Source: Schmidtea polychroa (taxonomy: Eukaryota). From it: a stretch of 64,000 bases of DNA. A model generated the notes under the pieces. The model worked only from the letters and a program-made list of their open reading frames with translations, was not told the origin of the DNA and searched no databases. The stretch spans positions 47,058,001-47,122,000 of the forward strand of contig CM097888.1 of the NCBI GenBank assembly GCA_044892525.1, read 5' to 3'. Below are positions 46,851-59,853 of this stretch, piece after piece (within the stretch, counting starts at the first letter, position 1; every line of letters begins with the position of its first letter). Made by a program: the position numbers and the translations under genes.

Positions 46851-49800
46851 TCTCATTATTCTCATAAATATATTCTCATTTTTTATTGTATTTATAGAAT
46901 AATCCAATAGGAATTGTGTGATGTGATAGATCAAAATGTGAAAGAAGATCAGATAATATTTAAGAAAATGCGGTAACAAATGAGAGAAATCAAGGCAAAA
47001 TGAAATAACCTCGGGCGATTCAAGAGCCCTGTAGAACACACCAAATAAAAATCACACACAATTATCATGAACATTTAGTTATAGAAATTAATATTTACGA
47101 AACAACAGATTAGTTATAGATTTATAATAAAATATAAAAGCAAAGCCACGCTCGCACTTACTTGTTATTAAGCATGTCTGTGGAACTAAAATGGAAATGA
47201 TTAATTATAAAGGATTAATTTCTATTTAAAACTCCTCTCACTCCAATACGGTTAAGTCATCAATCACAAATAAACAAACTGTTTACGACAACGATTCATG
47301 TTTTATTCTCTCGAATTCCATGATATCATCGTAACTGATGACATACCATTGGTATTTGACAAATGTCCTGGATGAGTTACATCACAGGACAACTTTTGTC
47401 ATATATACATTTATAAATGTGGTGTGTGTATGCGTGTGAAAACCGTTGCCTGGTAACCGTTACATATATTGGAATGTCATTTATGCTCATTTGTTTAATT
47501 ATTAAATTTCGGAAAATATCCATTATCAATAATTATTGATATTTATTCTTTAAATTTTGACTATCGATCAATATTCTGTTTTATATTTAACACAAATTTT
47601 CAACAATTTTTCCACTTATTGTTTGTAAAACTGGATTAATTATTGAAGAAATCTACCGTAATCCAAAAGTATTTCATTTGGCTGTTATTAAATCTCAGGA
47701 TTCTTATGAAATACTGAAATACAATTTTATGTTATATATTGGATCAGCTTTTATGTTACTTTGGTTCAAATGACAGTGATGGGATTCAAACATCAGTCAC
47801 CAGCGGTAGTTCCAATTTTTTACTATGAAATAAGAAAGTCCGATTTGTTATTGGAGAGAGTAAAGGCATTCAAATCATTAAGAGTTGATTAGTAGATAGA
47901 TGAGAGCTTTCTGGATCAATGAGATTAGATTAGAGAATCATTTTATGAGAAATCCCTTTATAGTTTTTGGAATTTGTTTTAAAAAATTTGTATTAATGAA
48001 ATGATAAAAACATTTTACACGTTTATTTAATGGACTTCATTTGTCCTCAATCCCAATTCTCTAATTTAACCCTTTCGCCCCTATTGGGACAATACGTCCC
48101 AGAAACTTTCATCATGATCCTACTGGGATATTTTGAATGGTCCATAAAAGCCTATTGGAACTTATTATCCCAGGACTTTCTAGGATATTCAGAAGCGCCA
48201 CGATTACAAAAATGAGAATATTTCATATTTAGGTCAATATTAACAAGTTCCAATATATAAATTTAGCATAGTGTCATTAGCGGAAAGTCGGTGCGAAAGG
48301 GTTAAGAGTTATCAATGTGTGAATTACATAAAAATTGGGTGTTTCTATTGGGTGTTGGAATTAGAACGCGTAGATTACAATGATATATACAATGATAATC
48401 AATTAAATGTAATATCAATTAAATGTAATTAATAAATATTCTTGATAAAGACTTAATTTAATTAAAAGTCGTTTTGCTATTTGTTAATTGTTAATCGGAA
48501 TAATATGTAAATGTTTAAGTAAATTTAAGTAAAAACTGTTTCTTCATATTAACTTTTTTGTTTACCACAATATTGTTTTATTGATTTAATAATCAATTTA
48601 AAAATTTGAAAATCAATTTAATAATTTAATAATCAATCTAAAAAATTTCTCACTAGGAAAAGTTAAAATAAGTACTGATATGTCCAGTAAACTGTTGTTT
48701 CTAACCATTTGGTGGTTAAATTAACATTTCTTTATTTTAATAGATCTATTATCGTCTATTTACTAGAAAAATGGATCTCGGTTTTACGAAAGTTTGGGAA
48801 TTACAATAAAAATTATAGTTTATATTTCTTGTTCAATTTTTAAAGTAATTTGTACCCATTCCTTGTATATCTAGAAAAAAAAATGTTCTTTAAAGGGATT
48901 CAATCGTTTATATGTTTGTACTATTTTTTTAAATTGTTAAAAATATTTTTGTTGAGCATCTAATGATTTTATTATTTTATGCAATTGGATTTTTTCCAAG
49001 TGATTATTCACGAAATTAAAATAAAAATTACCTATTTTCAATTGTAGAGTTTTCGATTTTTTTGAATAAATTCATTTTCTCAATAAGAGAATGAAAATCT
49101 TTCTTGCTATGTTCAAGTATCATTATTACTTCCTAATTGTGAAAATAGAATAGAAAATTATCACCAACAAAAAACTCACTTTGCATTCAACTTCACTCTT
49201 ATCCGCTTCACATGCGGAAAAGATCTCATCGATAGTGCGTTTCAGTGTATCCATCATTTGACCCCAATATCTGGCTCTGATTTAATAATATTTCTGATCA
49301 ATGCGCGACATGAGAAATTTTTATACTTTAACAAATTTTAAAGGGAACACCTTTGTGTACCTTTACGAAAATTTCGACATAAACCAAAAGATATAATTCA
49401 GAACACAGATTTACATAATCATATAGAATTTTGGCATATGCAGTCAGTAAGTAAACATTAACAAATTTAAGAGCAGTTTTAAATCATAAACGAGGTCAGG
49501 TAAAGTCATTTTTAAAGAGGCCTAAAATTGAATTTCATGTTGAATTAAAAGATTTGCCTAGTTATTACACCTAAATATTTATACGTCAACCTATTGTTTG
49601 AAATTATATAGTCTAGATAAAGTAAAAATGTATAATTCAATAAATTTTATACATTTATTTATTAATATTATTTTTATAATTGATTACATTAGAAAATACA
49701 TAAAATATCGACAACAATTTAATATTAGTTGTGGGTCTCTTTTATCGCATTTAGATGTAGAAATCGTTTCATATCGTTTAGTTATAAATAATTAAAAATG

Positions 49801-52800
49801 AATTTCCAATATTTTAAGAAAGAGTTGATTGTATTCTAAAACATTATTTTGCCTGTTTGGTGGATTATAAAGTGGAATATCAAGCTACTTCTAATATTTC
49901 ATACAGTGGAAGATTACAAAAAAATAGACATAGGAAGAACGACAGTCAACTGATGTGTTAAAAACTCATTATAATCTTGTATTTATACAAATATGACCAA
50001 TTAACTCAAAATTTCATGCATATTTATAAATTTGATGGCTGTATATTTCATATAAATCTCATATTTGAAAGTATATTAAATTGTTATTATTACTCCAACA
50101 GTAGCAGAAAATTAAGAAATATTACCATTATATTTATGTGAAATGATTAATTAATTTTATCGATAAATTAAATTATGATATCAATATTATAATTCAAGAA
50201 ATAAAATTATCAAAAAATGTAAATGTAACATTTATCGAAATAAGAGTTAAATTAATAATTTCAAGTGGTTGTATTTTTTTATCATATTCAAATAATTTAA
50301 ATTTAGTATCATATATTACTTACAAATTATATGTAAAATATTAAGTTAAATTTCTTTTCATGTTTCTCCAATTTTCCCAGTTTCGCTATTTGTTATATTA
50401 AATATTAGACTAGGTACAATGAAAAGTTAAATATACACTGTACAAATGTAGCTTTAATTCATTGTAAGAAGTTTGAATCTTTTTTACAAAGAAATAATTA
50501 ATATCTAGTGATTGAGTTTTTTCATCAAATATATCTTAGAGCACATGTGTCAAGACGGCATCAAGTATGTGTTGTTGGTATCCAATAAATACGGGTTCTT
50601 CCACCCTATAGAATTTGCAGCTCTCTGAAGTCTGACAATGACACTTGTTTTCTTACCAGTGTTGACAGCAGTTGTGTCTGTTACATTCATTTTAATTGAA
50701 TGCAACGGATTAAACTAATTAATAACATTCATAATTCCGTCAAAAATTGGCTCAGCTTGTCCACTTGATAAAATAAGGACACCTATATGGACTTCTCGGT
50801 CTATATTTTTTATCAATATCACCTGATGCTCAACTCTTCCTATCAACCTTATCCGTGATATGCTTGCCATCAAAATGAAGGCTTCACTCTTCCTTTTCTA
50901 ATTCCTGTTGATATTGTTTTTTAATTTGTCAGCGGCTTTGATAGTTGCCCTGTAAACTCCGGAAACTGATGGCGATTGTATGTTTATTGTCGACTTTTCT
51001 TTTAAAGTTTTACAAATACTTGCCGCGTTTCTGATGGGTACTTGTGCAATGGCAACAATATCTACAGCCGCTTTTGTATCGATATGTCCTCTTATTTTTC
51101 AAAGGACTATCACTTTAGGATTAAGTGTCCAAAGCCTCATTTTTATTAGAACTAGAGTATTCGGACACCGAACATTGCAGATGTTGCAACAAACTGATTA
51201 TCTGAATTATGAACTATTTTCCTCTTGGAGGGAGGTATTTTCGAATTGCCAATGTGGTTGGTAGAAAATCCTATTTTGTTCTTTGATTTTAATAGTAAGT
51301 CATAGAAGTCTTCATCTTCTTTGCATAGCCAAAATAAGATAAAAAAAATAAAATATTTCTTTAAATAATATCCTTTTGCCTTTATTTATATTAAATGATA
51401 AAATAATCTTAAATTTATTGATTATTGATTGAATATTTCAACAAAAAGTAATTACTAAATTTATAAATTATTATTAAAAAATTAAATTTTAGATTTCTTA
51501 AATAAAAAATAATAAAATTTAAGATACAGTAATGATTTAGACAATAAGATGACATTAGAATTACAAATTTTCTTTTGATTATTGCGTAATAATAACTAAT
51601 TTTATAAAATTAGTTCGGAGAGTGATATTTTTTTAAAACTGTATTCTTTTATTGCAATTTTCGTTAATAATATATGAAAATCATGGTATGATAATGTGGT
51701 ATACAAACTTTGAAAAGATCGCATGCTTAATGTACNNNNNNNNNNNNNNNNNNNNNNNNNNNNNNNNNNNNNNNNNNNNNNNNNNNNNNNNNNNNNNNNN
51801 NNNNNNNNNNNNNNNNNNNNNNNNNNNNNNNNNNNNNNNNNNNNNNNNNNNNNNNNNNNNNNNNNNNNNNNNNNNNNNNNNNNNNNGATGAAACCCAAAT
51901 AAGCTCCTATCCAGACTCAATAGAAATTACATTGACTATAACAACAAGATTAACAAATATCAGCATTATATTTATGTTAAATATATCGTTAATAATGATT
52001 AATTAATTTTATCGATAAATTAAACTATAATATCATTTCATTTTTCATTTATCTTCATTTTAACTATAAATCAATGTTTTTTCCTATTTAACACAAATTT
52101 TCAGCCCGTTTTTTTATCAAATGTTATATAAAGTGTTATTCAATTATAATTCCTAAATCTATACTGTGGTATTAGAAAATGTTATGATATGAAAAGAGAA
52201 TGTTAAGTAAAAAAACAAGAAATATTAACCTATAATCACTGCCTTTCTGGCCGAATTTCGGTACACTATTGCTATCTATAGATATAGCCAATGGAACATG
52301 ATTTACTAAAGACACATCGCCACATTCTTTCGGTTGAAATGAATCGTCATAATCACCAATCAGATTTTTAATTTCATTTTCGAGTTTTATTGGAACGTTA
52401 ATTGATTTACCATCGGCATATGGTTGAGATTTTTCTGGAATTTTAAATTCAAATTGAATAACGTGCCAAAATCAATAAATTTTACAAATTTGATGGTTTT
52501 AAGTGTAAAACGATGGAAAAAAGATTAAAAAACTGAAAATGTTAGAAATTTAAATATAAAAATATATTTAAATAAATTTTAAATTTCACAATACGCAGAA
52601 GATAAATAAATTAATCATTATATTGAGTTTTTATGATTGGGTTAGATCATAATTAAACCAGGATAGTTCAGTGACTGATGACCCTCGGTGACTTATTTGT
52701 TGATTATAATGGACCCACTAATTTTTAACCATAATACATCACATAACAAATCTATAAATAGAAACATACAATTAAGATGCAGTACCCATGCATAATTTAC

Positions 52801-53963
52801 ATCATTTTGTAGCGAATTTTATGCTGAGTTCAAGGAGCTACAAACAATTTGGCAATAATTGATTATTTTGTTAATTTTTAAAATATTGAAAATAAATAAC
52901 TTTGAAAATTTTATATATTATCTTGCAGATCATCTTATACTGAGTTCATCGAATATTAAGCAATTCAAGAAATATTGATTATTTTACGTCAAAATTAAAA
53001 AATTTAAATCAATAACTTTTGAAAATTTTACATAACATCTTGTAGTAAACCTTATACTGAGTTTAATGAGCTGGAAACATTTTAATAAATATTGATTATT
53101 TCACGTCAAAATGGGAAATTTTGAAAATCAATAAATTCCAAAAACGATATACCATTTTGTAGAGAATTTAATACTGTATCAAACAACATAAAATTATTAT
53201 GAAAATTATCAAGTGCATCATTGGGAAAATCGAAAATTATAAAATCAATAATGACTCGAAAATTAATAATTTTTTGATATTTGAAATTTGCAATTTCTTT
53301 GAAATTCAAAATCTAGCTGTAAAATATTAAAATTTAGTGTTTTAAAATGCCAACCAAAATTTCAAATATTTAAACAATGCATAAATACCGTTATAATAAT
53401 CCAACGGTCAATTATCATCAAAAAATCATACAAATTTATGCAATTTTGCTAAAATTCTTTTAAATCACACACTAATAATTTAAACAACAATTTGGAACTG
53501 TAGGAAATAAATTTATATTAATAAATATTATTAAATATATTAAAATTTTAAATAAAACAATGATATGATTGCATACTCAAAAAAGATAAAAAATTATTAA
53601 CAAAAAATGTTTCTGAGACAAAGCTCCAAAGCCCAGGAGCAGATCTTAGTTTTTATTAAATTGGTTGAAGAGAAAAGGTAGAAATTTCATTTAGGTAGAA
53701 TATTAAAGATTGAACGCATTGATTAATTAATTCCATCTGCTAATTAATATTAATAAATTTGTTAAATTTCACAAATTGAATCTAATACAAGTAAATTACA
53801 TAATTTTAGTGTTAATAATTTTACAAACCTACAAAAAAGAAATAAAATACTAACTTCTGGAATAAAGTGGAACATTATATTTAATTAAATTTCGAGCTTG
53901 AATTCCTTCATCTTCTAATCTGCCTTTGATGGACTCCGAGCATACATCCAATACTTCAGGTAT
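21169..53963 (-). CDS. SCAPER: SCAPER (S phase cyclin A-associated protein in the ER) ortholog, about 25 exons; first coding exon and exact last exon not located
   Basis: Phase-consistent GT-AG exons: 53855-53963 ([17 protein letters not shown]), 52230-52434, 49180-49276 ([19 protein letters not shown]), 49032-49132, 46389-gap ([11 protein letters not shown]), 44564-45968, 42331-42424 ([19 protein letters not shown]), 40724-40832, 40508-40672, 40331-40462, 40051-40275, 38687-38845, 38533-38634 (C2H2 finger), 35402-35658, 35092-35218, 34950-gap, gap-34298, 34247-gap, 32945-33105, 30447-30667, 26390-26475, 24171-24346, 23095-23356, 21265-21316, 21169-21215 (uncertain). Motifs match vertebrate SCAPER in order. 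Confidence 0.92.
22030..22790 (-). pseudogene. Decayed, internally deleted mariner transposase
   Basis: Reverse-strand fragments WYNEFK...[32 protein letters not shown]...FIDSL...YYSTLL resemble mariner ITVDETWIHYY.PE.KQQS / GKVMATVFWD; boundaries approximate. Confidence 0.7.
23095..23356 (-). CDS. SCAPER: SCAPER C-terminal conserved exon
   Basis: [44 protein letters not shown] vs human LLHEVIVCVGYFTVNHPDNQVIVQSGRHPTVLQKLCQLPFQYFS. Confidence 0.93.
23512..23622. repeat. Palindromic repeat (hairpin C), second copy of the hairpin B family
   Basis: Perfect 34-bp arms 23512-23545 and 23589-23622; shares the downstream tail gttttaaataataaatgctgctaccaagaaatcatca with hairpin B. Confidence 0.88.
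26701..26928 (+). mobile_element. Putative non-autonomous Helitron-family element
   Basis: Starts TCTCTATATATAAAA; ends with GC-rich GCGAAGCGAACGGGGCAGAGCCCCTAG|T (hairpin plus CTAG); canonical 5' A flank not seen. Confidence 0.45.
27236..28873 (+). CDS. pogo DD35D transposase (CENP-B-type HTH plus DDE_1), split only by the MITE at 28015-28241
   Basis: [61 protein letters not shown]. Removing the MITE and one TTAA gives ...PPFVIFKGKQSV... and one 468-aa ORF. Confidence 0.9.
28015..28241. mobile_element. piggyBac-type MITE (227 bp)
   Basis: TTAA|CCCTTTCGC...GCGAAAGGG|TTAA; near-identical inverted copy at 48070-48301. Confidence 0.93.
30902..31142. mobile_element. pogo/Tigger-type MITE (241 bp)
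   Basis: TA|CCGTATATACTCGCGTATA...TATATGCGAGTATATACGG|TA, AT-rich interior. Confidence 0.88.
31155..31670 (+). pseudogene. Heavily decayed, deleted actin-like sequence antisense in a SCAPER intron
   Basis: [27 protein letters not shown](S)[30 protein letters not shown] match actin [61 protein letters not shown]. Confidence 0.8.
38533..38845 (-). CDS. SCAPER: SCAPER C2H2 zinc-finger exons
   Basis: [11 protein letters not shown]...[10 protein letters not shown]|[17 protein letters not shown]. Confidence 0.92.
38882..39052. repeat. Interspersed repeat, copy 1 (copy 2 at 41071-41222)
   Basis: Shared gtggagttgaaagtgacaaaaatg, cattgaatggggagaaat, atcgatctatgttccgtttaagctgcgtgta, tattcttataga. 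Confidence 0.85.
39330..39520 (+). pseudogene. Short decayed Tc1/mariner-type transposase fragment
   Basis: [11 protein letters not shown]...[11 protein letters not shown]...NNRWL resembles the region before the first catalytic D of Tc1/mariner transposases. Confidence 0.4.
40051..40832 (-). CDS. SCAPER: SCAPER coiled-coil exons (four exons)
   Basis: [52 protein letters not shown] match the human coiled-coil region. Confidence 0.9.
41071..41222. repeat. Interspersed repeat, copy 2
   Basis: Same-orientation match to 38882-39052 in a different SCAPER intron. Confidence 0.85.
44564..45968 (-). CDS. SCAPER: SCAPER large low-complexity exon (S/N/T-rich, then coiled coil)
   Basis: 1405-nt open exon, tctcag acceptor and G|gtgaga donor in phase with the flanking exons. 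Confidence 0.85.
46798..46850. repeat. (ATT)n microsatellite (similar simple repeats: (TA)n 15345-15368, (TAA)n 20927-20958, (TCTA)n 25480-25507)
   Basis: Direct inspection. Confidence 0.95.
48070..48301. mobile_element. piggyBac-type MITE (232 bp), second copy
   Basis: TTAA TSD, CCCTTTCGC TIRs, reverse complement of 28015-28241. Confidence 0.93.
49032..49276 (-). CDS. SCAPER: SCAPER N-terminal domain exons (49180-49276, 49032-49132)
   Basis: [32 protein letters not shown]|[18 protein letters not shown] vs human ARYWAFLFDNLRRAVDEIYVTCESDQSVVECKEVLMML. Confidence 0.92.
50520..51330 (-). pseudogene. Decayed DDE transposase fragment (hAT-like motif pattern)
   Basis: Reverse strand [24 protein letters not shown], a D...DTT..NTG...C..H-type catalytic core with stops; superfamily tentative. 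Confidence 0.6.
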
Positions 53964-54531
53964 CTAAATTCAGAAAATATTTGAATAACATAACATCAAG
54001 TGAAATTTAATGAGGTTATGTAATCAAATGTATATTGATATTTATTTTCTTAATAGGAAATCAACAATTTAAAATTTAGTTTAGACTATAAAAATGAATT
54101 ACTGTTTTAAGAGCAAACTTTATAATTAAGAAAACTATTTAAGAAAAAGAAAAATAAAAAGTTAATATTTTACAAACTATTTTTAAAACATGCAATTTAA
54201 TATAATTAATATTGTTTACTACAGTTTCAATGATTAGAACAAAATAAATGAAAGTATATTTCATAAATTTATTTTAAAACTAAAGTTTATTTATATTTAA
54301 GTATATTTTAATAGAAACTTTATATAATAATTTTTTTAATTATTTTGGATTAAGAAATTTGAAATTTACACTGAAATTGTTAATTTTTTTGTTAATACAA
54401 AATAGGATTTCCGAACTTTTCCATGTTCTGTATCTTAAGAAAGTTAAATCCATCATTAAATCCATTTTTAAATTTATCAGCAAAAGTCTCGAACCCAACA
54501 ATATATTTTTAATCAAAGGATTTATAAATAA

Positions 54532-55252
54532 CAGAGCCGTAGCTAGGGGGTGGCGAATGGGGCGACCACCCGGGCGCTGAGTCGAAGGGCGCCAAAACTG
54601 TGAAATTATCATTTAAATTTTTTTTACTTTTATTTCTTTTTTTCATATTAAATTTTTATATTCTGCTTTTCATGTTTACTGTTTTCTAAACTAAAACAAA
54701 ACTGTTTTGCTGGTCTATCTAAAGGTTTTTGGAAATGGGCGACTAAATCCGAAGGTGGCTGATCGTGAAAACAGTTTTGATCATAGAAAATGCTACTTAG
54801 CCTGGAAAGATCTTGAAAATCGTTTGAAAGAAGGAAGGACAATTGATGAAAATATAGATATCGATATGCCCGATACAGTAGTCTATATATAAAAACGAGA
54901 AATCGGAGAATAGCCTATTCAATATTGAGAAAAGAATCGGAATTATTTTTTCATAGTAAGGGAAATTTTGTGAAACATGGCAACTCATTTCTTGCAAACT
55001 CGGCCACCCGCTGATATGGGAGATGAATCTATTTATGTATATACACATGTATAATAAATATTTATAATTAATTGGTTTTAGTTATAATATAAGTTGCGTT
55101 AAGTATTGTATATCTTTGCATCTTAATTTGACTCTTCAAGACCAATCCCATTCCTGTCAGTACATAATTAATGGGAGTGGTGAATTCTTTTGGCACCAGG
55201 GCGCCAAATTTCAATCTCGCCCCGGGCGCCATTTTCCCTAGCTACGGCTCTG
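54532..55252 (+). mobile_element. hAT-family non-autonomous element (721 bp) in the 3' LTR of the small Gypsy element
   Basis: 17-bp TIR CAGAGCCGTAGCTAGGG; 8-bp TSD ATAAATAA/ATGAATAA; internal TTF-finger remnant LNPKVADRENSFDHRKCYLAWKDLENRLKEGRTID. Confidence 0.92.
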
Positions 55253-55352
55253 ATGAATAACAAGTTTTAAATTTTTCACATAAACTGCCAACTCCAATTA
55301 TTAAAACAAACAGATATTTAAATCTCCCCTTCTTAAGATTTTTTCCACTTCT

Positions 55353-56150
55353 TCAGCCACTCGATTCTTCTTTCATTCGTTTCTTGTTGTGAATGTAGTT
55401 CGACTCGATGAGGCGATAGAAATCTGACGATTTTATATGGGCTATTGTATTGCTTACCATCCTTGTGCCTGTTCTGTGGCTCTTTACATACGAGTACCTC
55501 TTAATCCACTTTGAAAACACGAGGTCCCTCTTTGTCTTATCCATAGCTCTCATAGTGTCTGCGACTTTACTCGAGTTAAATCTCGCGTTTTCGGTTCTTT
55601 CGCTTCTTGATATCTCGGCTTGTTTCAGGTTAGAGTGTATGTTAACACTTCGTCCATAAATTATCTCAAATGGTGATAAACCTGTAGCACTTTTTCGACT
55701 GCTATTTATAGTGAACTCTATTCTTGGTAGAAGTTCATGCCAGTTTCTCTCTTCAAATCGACCTACCAATGCTGCTGTAATAAGATCTCTTATCGTTCGT
55801 ATGGCTCGTTCGGCTAAACCATTTGATTGGTGCTGGTAAGGTGAGCTGAATTACTGTTTGATTCCAAGTTTCTGTACTTCTGTTTTAGGAAATTCCCTTC
55901 GAAATTTCGGCCTCTATCTGTTAAAATGCTCTTCGGTTTTCCAAATCGATAGATCCAACTATTAAGTATTGTTTTGAAAATTGTCCCTTAGTCTTGCTTT
56001 GTGATTTCAGTTAAAGATATCAGTTTGCTAAAACGGTACACCATTACTACCATATATTTTTATGGCGTTTATTTTCATGTAAGCCACATCTATAACAATC
56101 TGTTCTAGGAATTTAGAGCTATATCTTAGGAATAAATGTTTTCTTGGTTC
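55353..56150 (-). pseudogene. Integrase core of the small Gypsy element (frameshifted), downstream of the solo LTR
   Basis: FLEQIVIDVAYM, LTDRGRNFE, SSPYQHQSNGLAERAIRTIRD, LPRIEFTINS...TGLSPFEIIYG. Confidence 0.88.
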
Positions 56151-56672
56151 TGTTGGCGTATGTGGGGAAGAGAAAGATATGCACGTGTAACCTTCACACA
56201 TACAAGGCGTCATCGTTCCACTCAGGCACTCCCCCTACATACCCCAGATGATCAAATGCATATTCCCACGTATGAGCCCGTGGTGATGTTCCACGTTGGT
56301 GCTGCTCACACGGGTCGGAAAAGGTTAGCAGGTGAGCCCCTGCCTTAAGACTACTCCTAACCCTGTCTCGGTTCGGGTTCCATGGCGCCGTAGAAGGTCT
56401 TACCCGTTCCTCTGCACATCATTCGGTCCTTCCCTGGTCCAAGGGGACGACCCTGTATTGCTACCTAAATCCGATATCGTCCTATTGTTCACTTTTAATC
56501 CCATATCATGCATACCAGAAACAATCACCGAGAGACAATTAAAATTATATTACACCCACAACAATAACTACATTTATAATAAGAAAAGTGACTGTCACAA
56601 AATAAATGTTCAATATTCACAAATACTCAGGTCCGCTTTCGAATCTTGCAGAATCAAGGCAGTGGAAATCGG

Positions 56673-57434
56673 TCAGTCAAAGGGCTCCCCGTCTGCAAAC
56701 ATTTCGTCGATATCGACCGGCAATCGTTGGTTAGAGATGTATTTGATGCCCTCTGCTGGAATTACACGGAAAATTTCCTTCGTTGGAATTGAATGGCTGG
56801 AAGAGATTTCTTTTATGGTAGATTGGGCTACCGATAGTGACGCCTCGAGTGCGGCCATCGCATCTCGGCGTTTTTTATTCTTCTCGGCTCGAGTTGGCCG
56901 TTTCCGTTTGCGAGTAGACGGAGGGTTTTCTGTATCCGTGGTGCCGATTGGTGCTACCAAGATTGGAGCCAAGATGGGATCGGTAGGTCCACCGACCAAG
57001 GGTTGATAACTCGATAAGGTTGGAGCCGGGACGGGCGGCAGATAGGTACCATGCCCTTGGCAGCTTGTTGAAGTTGATTGGGATGCCTGATGGTGAGGTG
57101 GGAAAACATTGGTTTTCTCGATGACGGGAAATTCTCGAACCCGCTTGGCCAATTCTGCCTCCGTATATACTTTATGGAGGGCTTCTGATTGGGCTTTGAT
57201 AGTGAGCCGTTGGCAACGGCTTTCCTCCAGCAGGCTGTCCCTGCAATGCTCTAATCGGAGAATTTTCTTGCGTTCCTCTTTCATTTGTGGCGGGGAGAAC
57301 CACGTGCCTTCGTAGAGATCAATTCTCTTTTTCAGTGCCCCGATGTATAAGTGAAGCTGCGCAATATCTGCGTTTTTATCGGCGCAGGAGAGACACGGAC
57401 GAAGATTTTTTCCAGAGCTGGTGGAAGTATTCAT
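56673..57434 (-). CDS. LTR-encoded 253-aa protein, intact homolog of 12931-13695
   Basis: Same N-terminus, basic patch RKRKRPTRAEKNKKRRDAMAALEASL and C-terminus LPVDIDEMFADGEPFD; tttag directly before the ATG. Confidence 0.85.
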   Translation of the reverse strand: MNTSTSSGKNLRPCLSCADKNADIAQLHLYIGALKKRIDLYEGTWFSPPQMKEERKKILRLEHCRDSLLEESRCQRLTIKAQSEALHKVYTEAELAKRVREFPVIEKTNVFPPHHQASQSTSTSCQGHGTYLPPVPAPTLSSYQPLVGGPTDPILAPILVAPIGTTDTENPPSTRKRKRPTRAEKNKKRRDAMAALEASLSVAQSTIKEISSSHSIPTKEIFRVIPAEGIKYISNQRLPVDIDEMFADGEPFD

Positions 57435-59799
57435 CTAAAGAGTTTATAGAATTTTTCATTATTAATTTTACAAAATTTATTGGCTAGGATTTTGTTCCTA
57501 TTTTACATACGAGGTTCACCATTTTCGCAATCAAACTGTTCAGTGGTGATTCGAACACCCAAATTATCAGTCGGCGCCCACATTCATCCAATTTCAAACA
57601 TTCAAATTCATCCCCTCAACCATCAACACCTGACGAGAAGAAAACGAAAAAATTCTAGACATAATTTACTTGTCATCATTTTAACAATCGGTACGTTTTA
57701 TGAGTTTGACTATTCCCGTTTTCATGCTTCATCATTCCAGTACTAGCAATACTAACCTTTTTATTTTATTTATCATCATCTGATGTTTACGATTTTACTC
57801 CTCACTACTACGTTCTAGACAACTAAGCCGAGTAATGTTATAAAAGAAAAATTCGACATTCAGTAGGCCTCGTTATGTTATATTAAGGTATATCAAATAA
57901 CAATAAGATAGAAAAAAAAATAACAGCAGAATATCTTTGGTTCACCTTTAGTTTAGTTTATGATGGTTTGATTTTATTTAAATTTTTGCCGTGAGGTTGT
58001 CATGACGACGTTACGCAATATGTAGTTGTGTTGAAATATCGTCTTTCGTTTAAGTGTGGCATGTAATTCAATATGTGGCAATGCATACTAAAGTGTTGTT
58101 AGTTGTCCCTAGCTTATGAATCAGTTTTGGTGACGTGTTTGCTTCAAATTGTAGTTTACGAGTGGGTGTCTGCCTTACGCACGTGATCTCTCTCTTTCGC
58201 CTGTGCACACAGTAGCATTTTTCGACTAACCTCCTCGTTGTTACGTCACGATTATGTCACAGAACATTTTAGGATTTAGAATAAATCGCCGTCTACTGAG
58301 AAAGGATTTCCAGGTAGTATGTCAATGAGACGGATTATCAAGATTCAGTTGTCTGGGAGATTTATTAGCAGTATCCACCCAATCATTACGCGACAATTCA
58401 CTAGCGGGTCAGAACTGATGATTTGCTCTAGTCATTATCAACTCTTAGACATCTCTCTATCAATGCATTCACTAAACCTATTGCAGAGACGATTATCGCT
58501 CTCTCTCTTCGTCAGATTTTCCTCTGTCATACAATCCGGTGAATAATAATCTGTCTGAAATCAGATTGACAGTTTTCTGATAAATTCAACGACGGTTTCT
58601 CTAGCATCGATCGTAAATATTCTGATAATTTCTCGTGATTTGTTTGTGTTATTCTCAGAAAATCTAGGCTTATCAGTGGTCTCATAACCAACAATCTAAC
58701 TCAAAAGTACACCGACTATGGGTTTCGTCACAAATGTCCTGGCGATGTGCATCCTAGAAGATCTCGGGCTCTATGATATTCTCTGCGAACCACATTGGAT
58801 TTTTTACGCAACTATAAACCCCCAATCATCAGATATTCCAGTGCCAATTTCCCGAGGAATACACGAAATAGACCCTAATCTTTAAATTCGATTAACGACG
58901 ACTGGATGTAATGTTAAAAAGATTTTGCTTCGCCCATTTCCTGGAGTTTCTCATGATTTCATCTCCGCGACTACTCCTTCAAGAAGTGTATTTTCGTCGA
59001 TAGCGGTGGTCGATCGCACTCGATGAAGGAAATTTCACTCTTCAGCTATACTTCGACTCACGGAGTTTCCTCACCTCTCATGACCCACCCAAGAACGGCA
59101 CTCATCTCTGCCGCCGCCCTTGCACCGTCTTGGGAGACAATCAACTCCTCTCCTCAAGCAATTCAAAAATCAACTCCGAAATTAATGGAAAAATTTTGTA
59201 AAACAAATAAAATGAATAAATCAGATTTACCCGGCGACCCCACCATCTGGATTCCAAGCATGATGTCTTCCGAGCCATTCAGATGCATATCCCATCGTAC
59301 TGGAAAATTTCCTCAATTCTTCTTCAACTTCGAAATCGACTGATGTCTTTACTTCGTCGCAATGCATACTCGCAAACCCTTTCACAACGTATATTTTGCT
59401 CTGCCGCATCATGCTTGAAGATTCCAGATAATACAGTGGCCGATACCATGAAGAAAAAGGCTGCTGTTCATTTCAAATTAAATTTATTGAATAAAATTTA
59501 TTCTACTCTTCATTATATTCAACATTTTTATAGCCAATAAATAATCATAATATCAATCGAATGCATACCTTTGAGTTTAAAACTGGATCGAATAGAATAA
59601 TAAAGTCGTCTAAGTTCTCGGTACTTTCCGTAGGTTCTTAACTAGAAGTCTAAAATGGCTTATCGGCTGTAAGTAGTTTTGTAGGATTGCTTCGTAAACG
59701 AGTTCTAATAGTTGCTAAGTGGTCCTGAAGTCCTGTAGAGTTTCGGGTTAGAATGATGATAATATTTTAAATAAATTTTTACCTGTAGAGTTTCGGGTT

Positions 59800-59853
59800 A
59801 GAATGATACTCTACAGATTTTTGTCGCTCTTTATATATTATTTTCTGTCCAAT
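59800..59853 (-). promoter_or_regulatory. Solo-LTR core promoter (CCAAT box, TATATAAAG, Inr-like TCATTC)
   Basis: ATTGG 59853-59849, TATA 59837-59829, TCATTC about 31 nt downstream on the minus strand. Confidence 0.7.

Noticed and set aside
46494-47039. Poly-Asn / poly-Leu ORFs
   Set aside because: Translation of an intronic (ATT)n microsatellite next to a gap.
20116-51920. ORFs containing long X runs (20116-20464, 33707-34997, 39794-40040, 45998-47039, 51602-51920)
   Set aside because: Artefacts of assembly N-gaps; only their flanks that match SCAPER exons were used.
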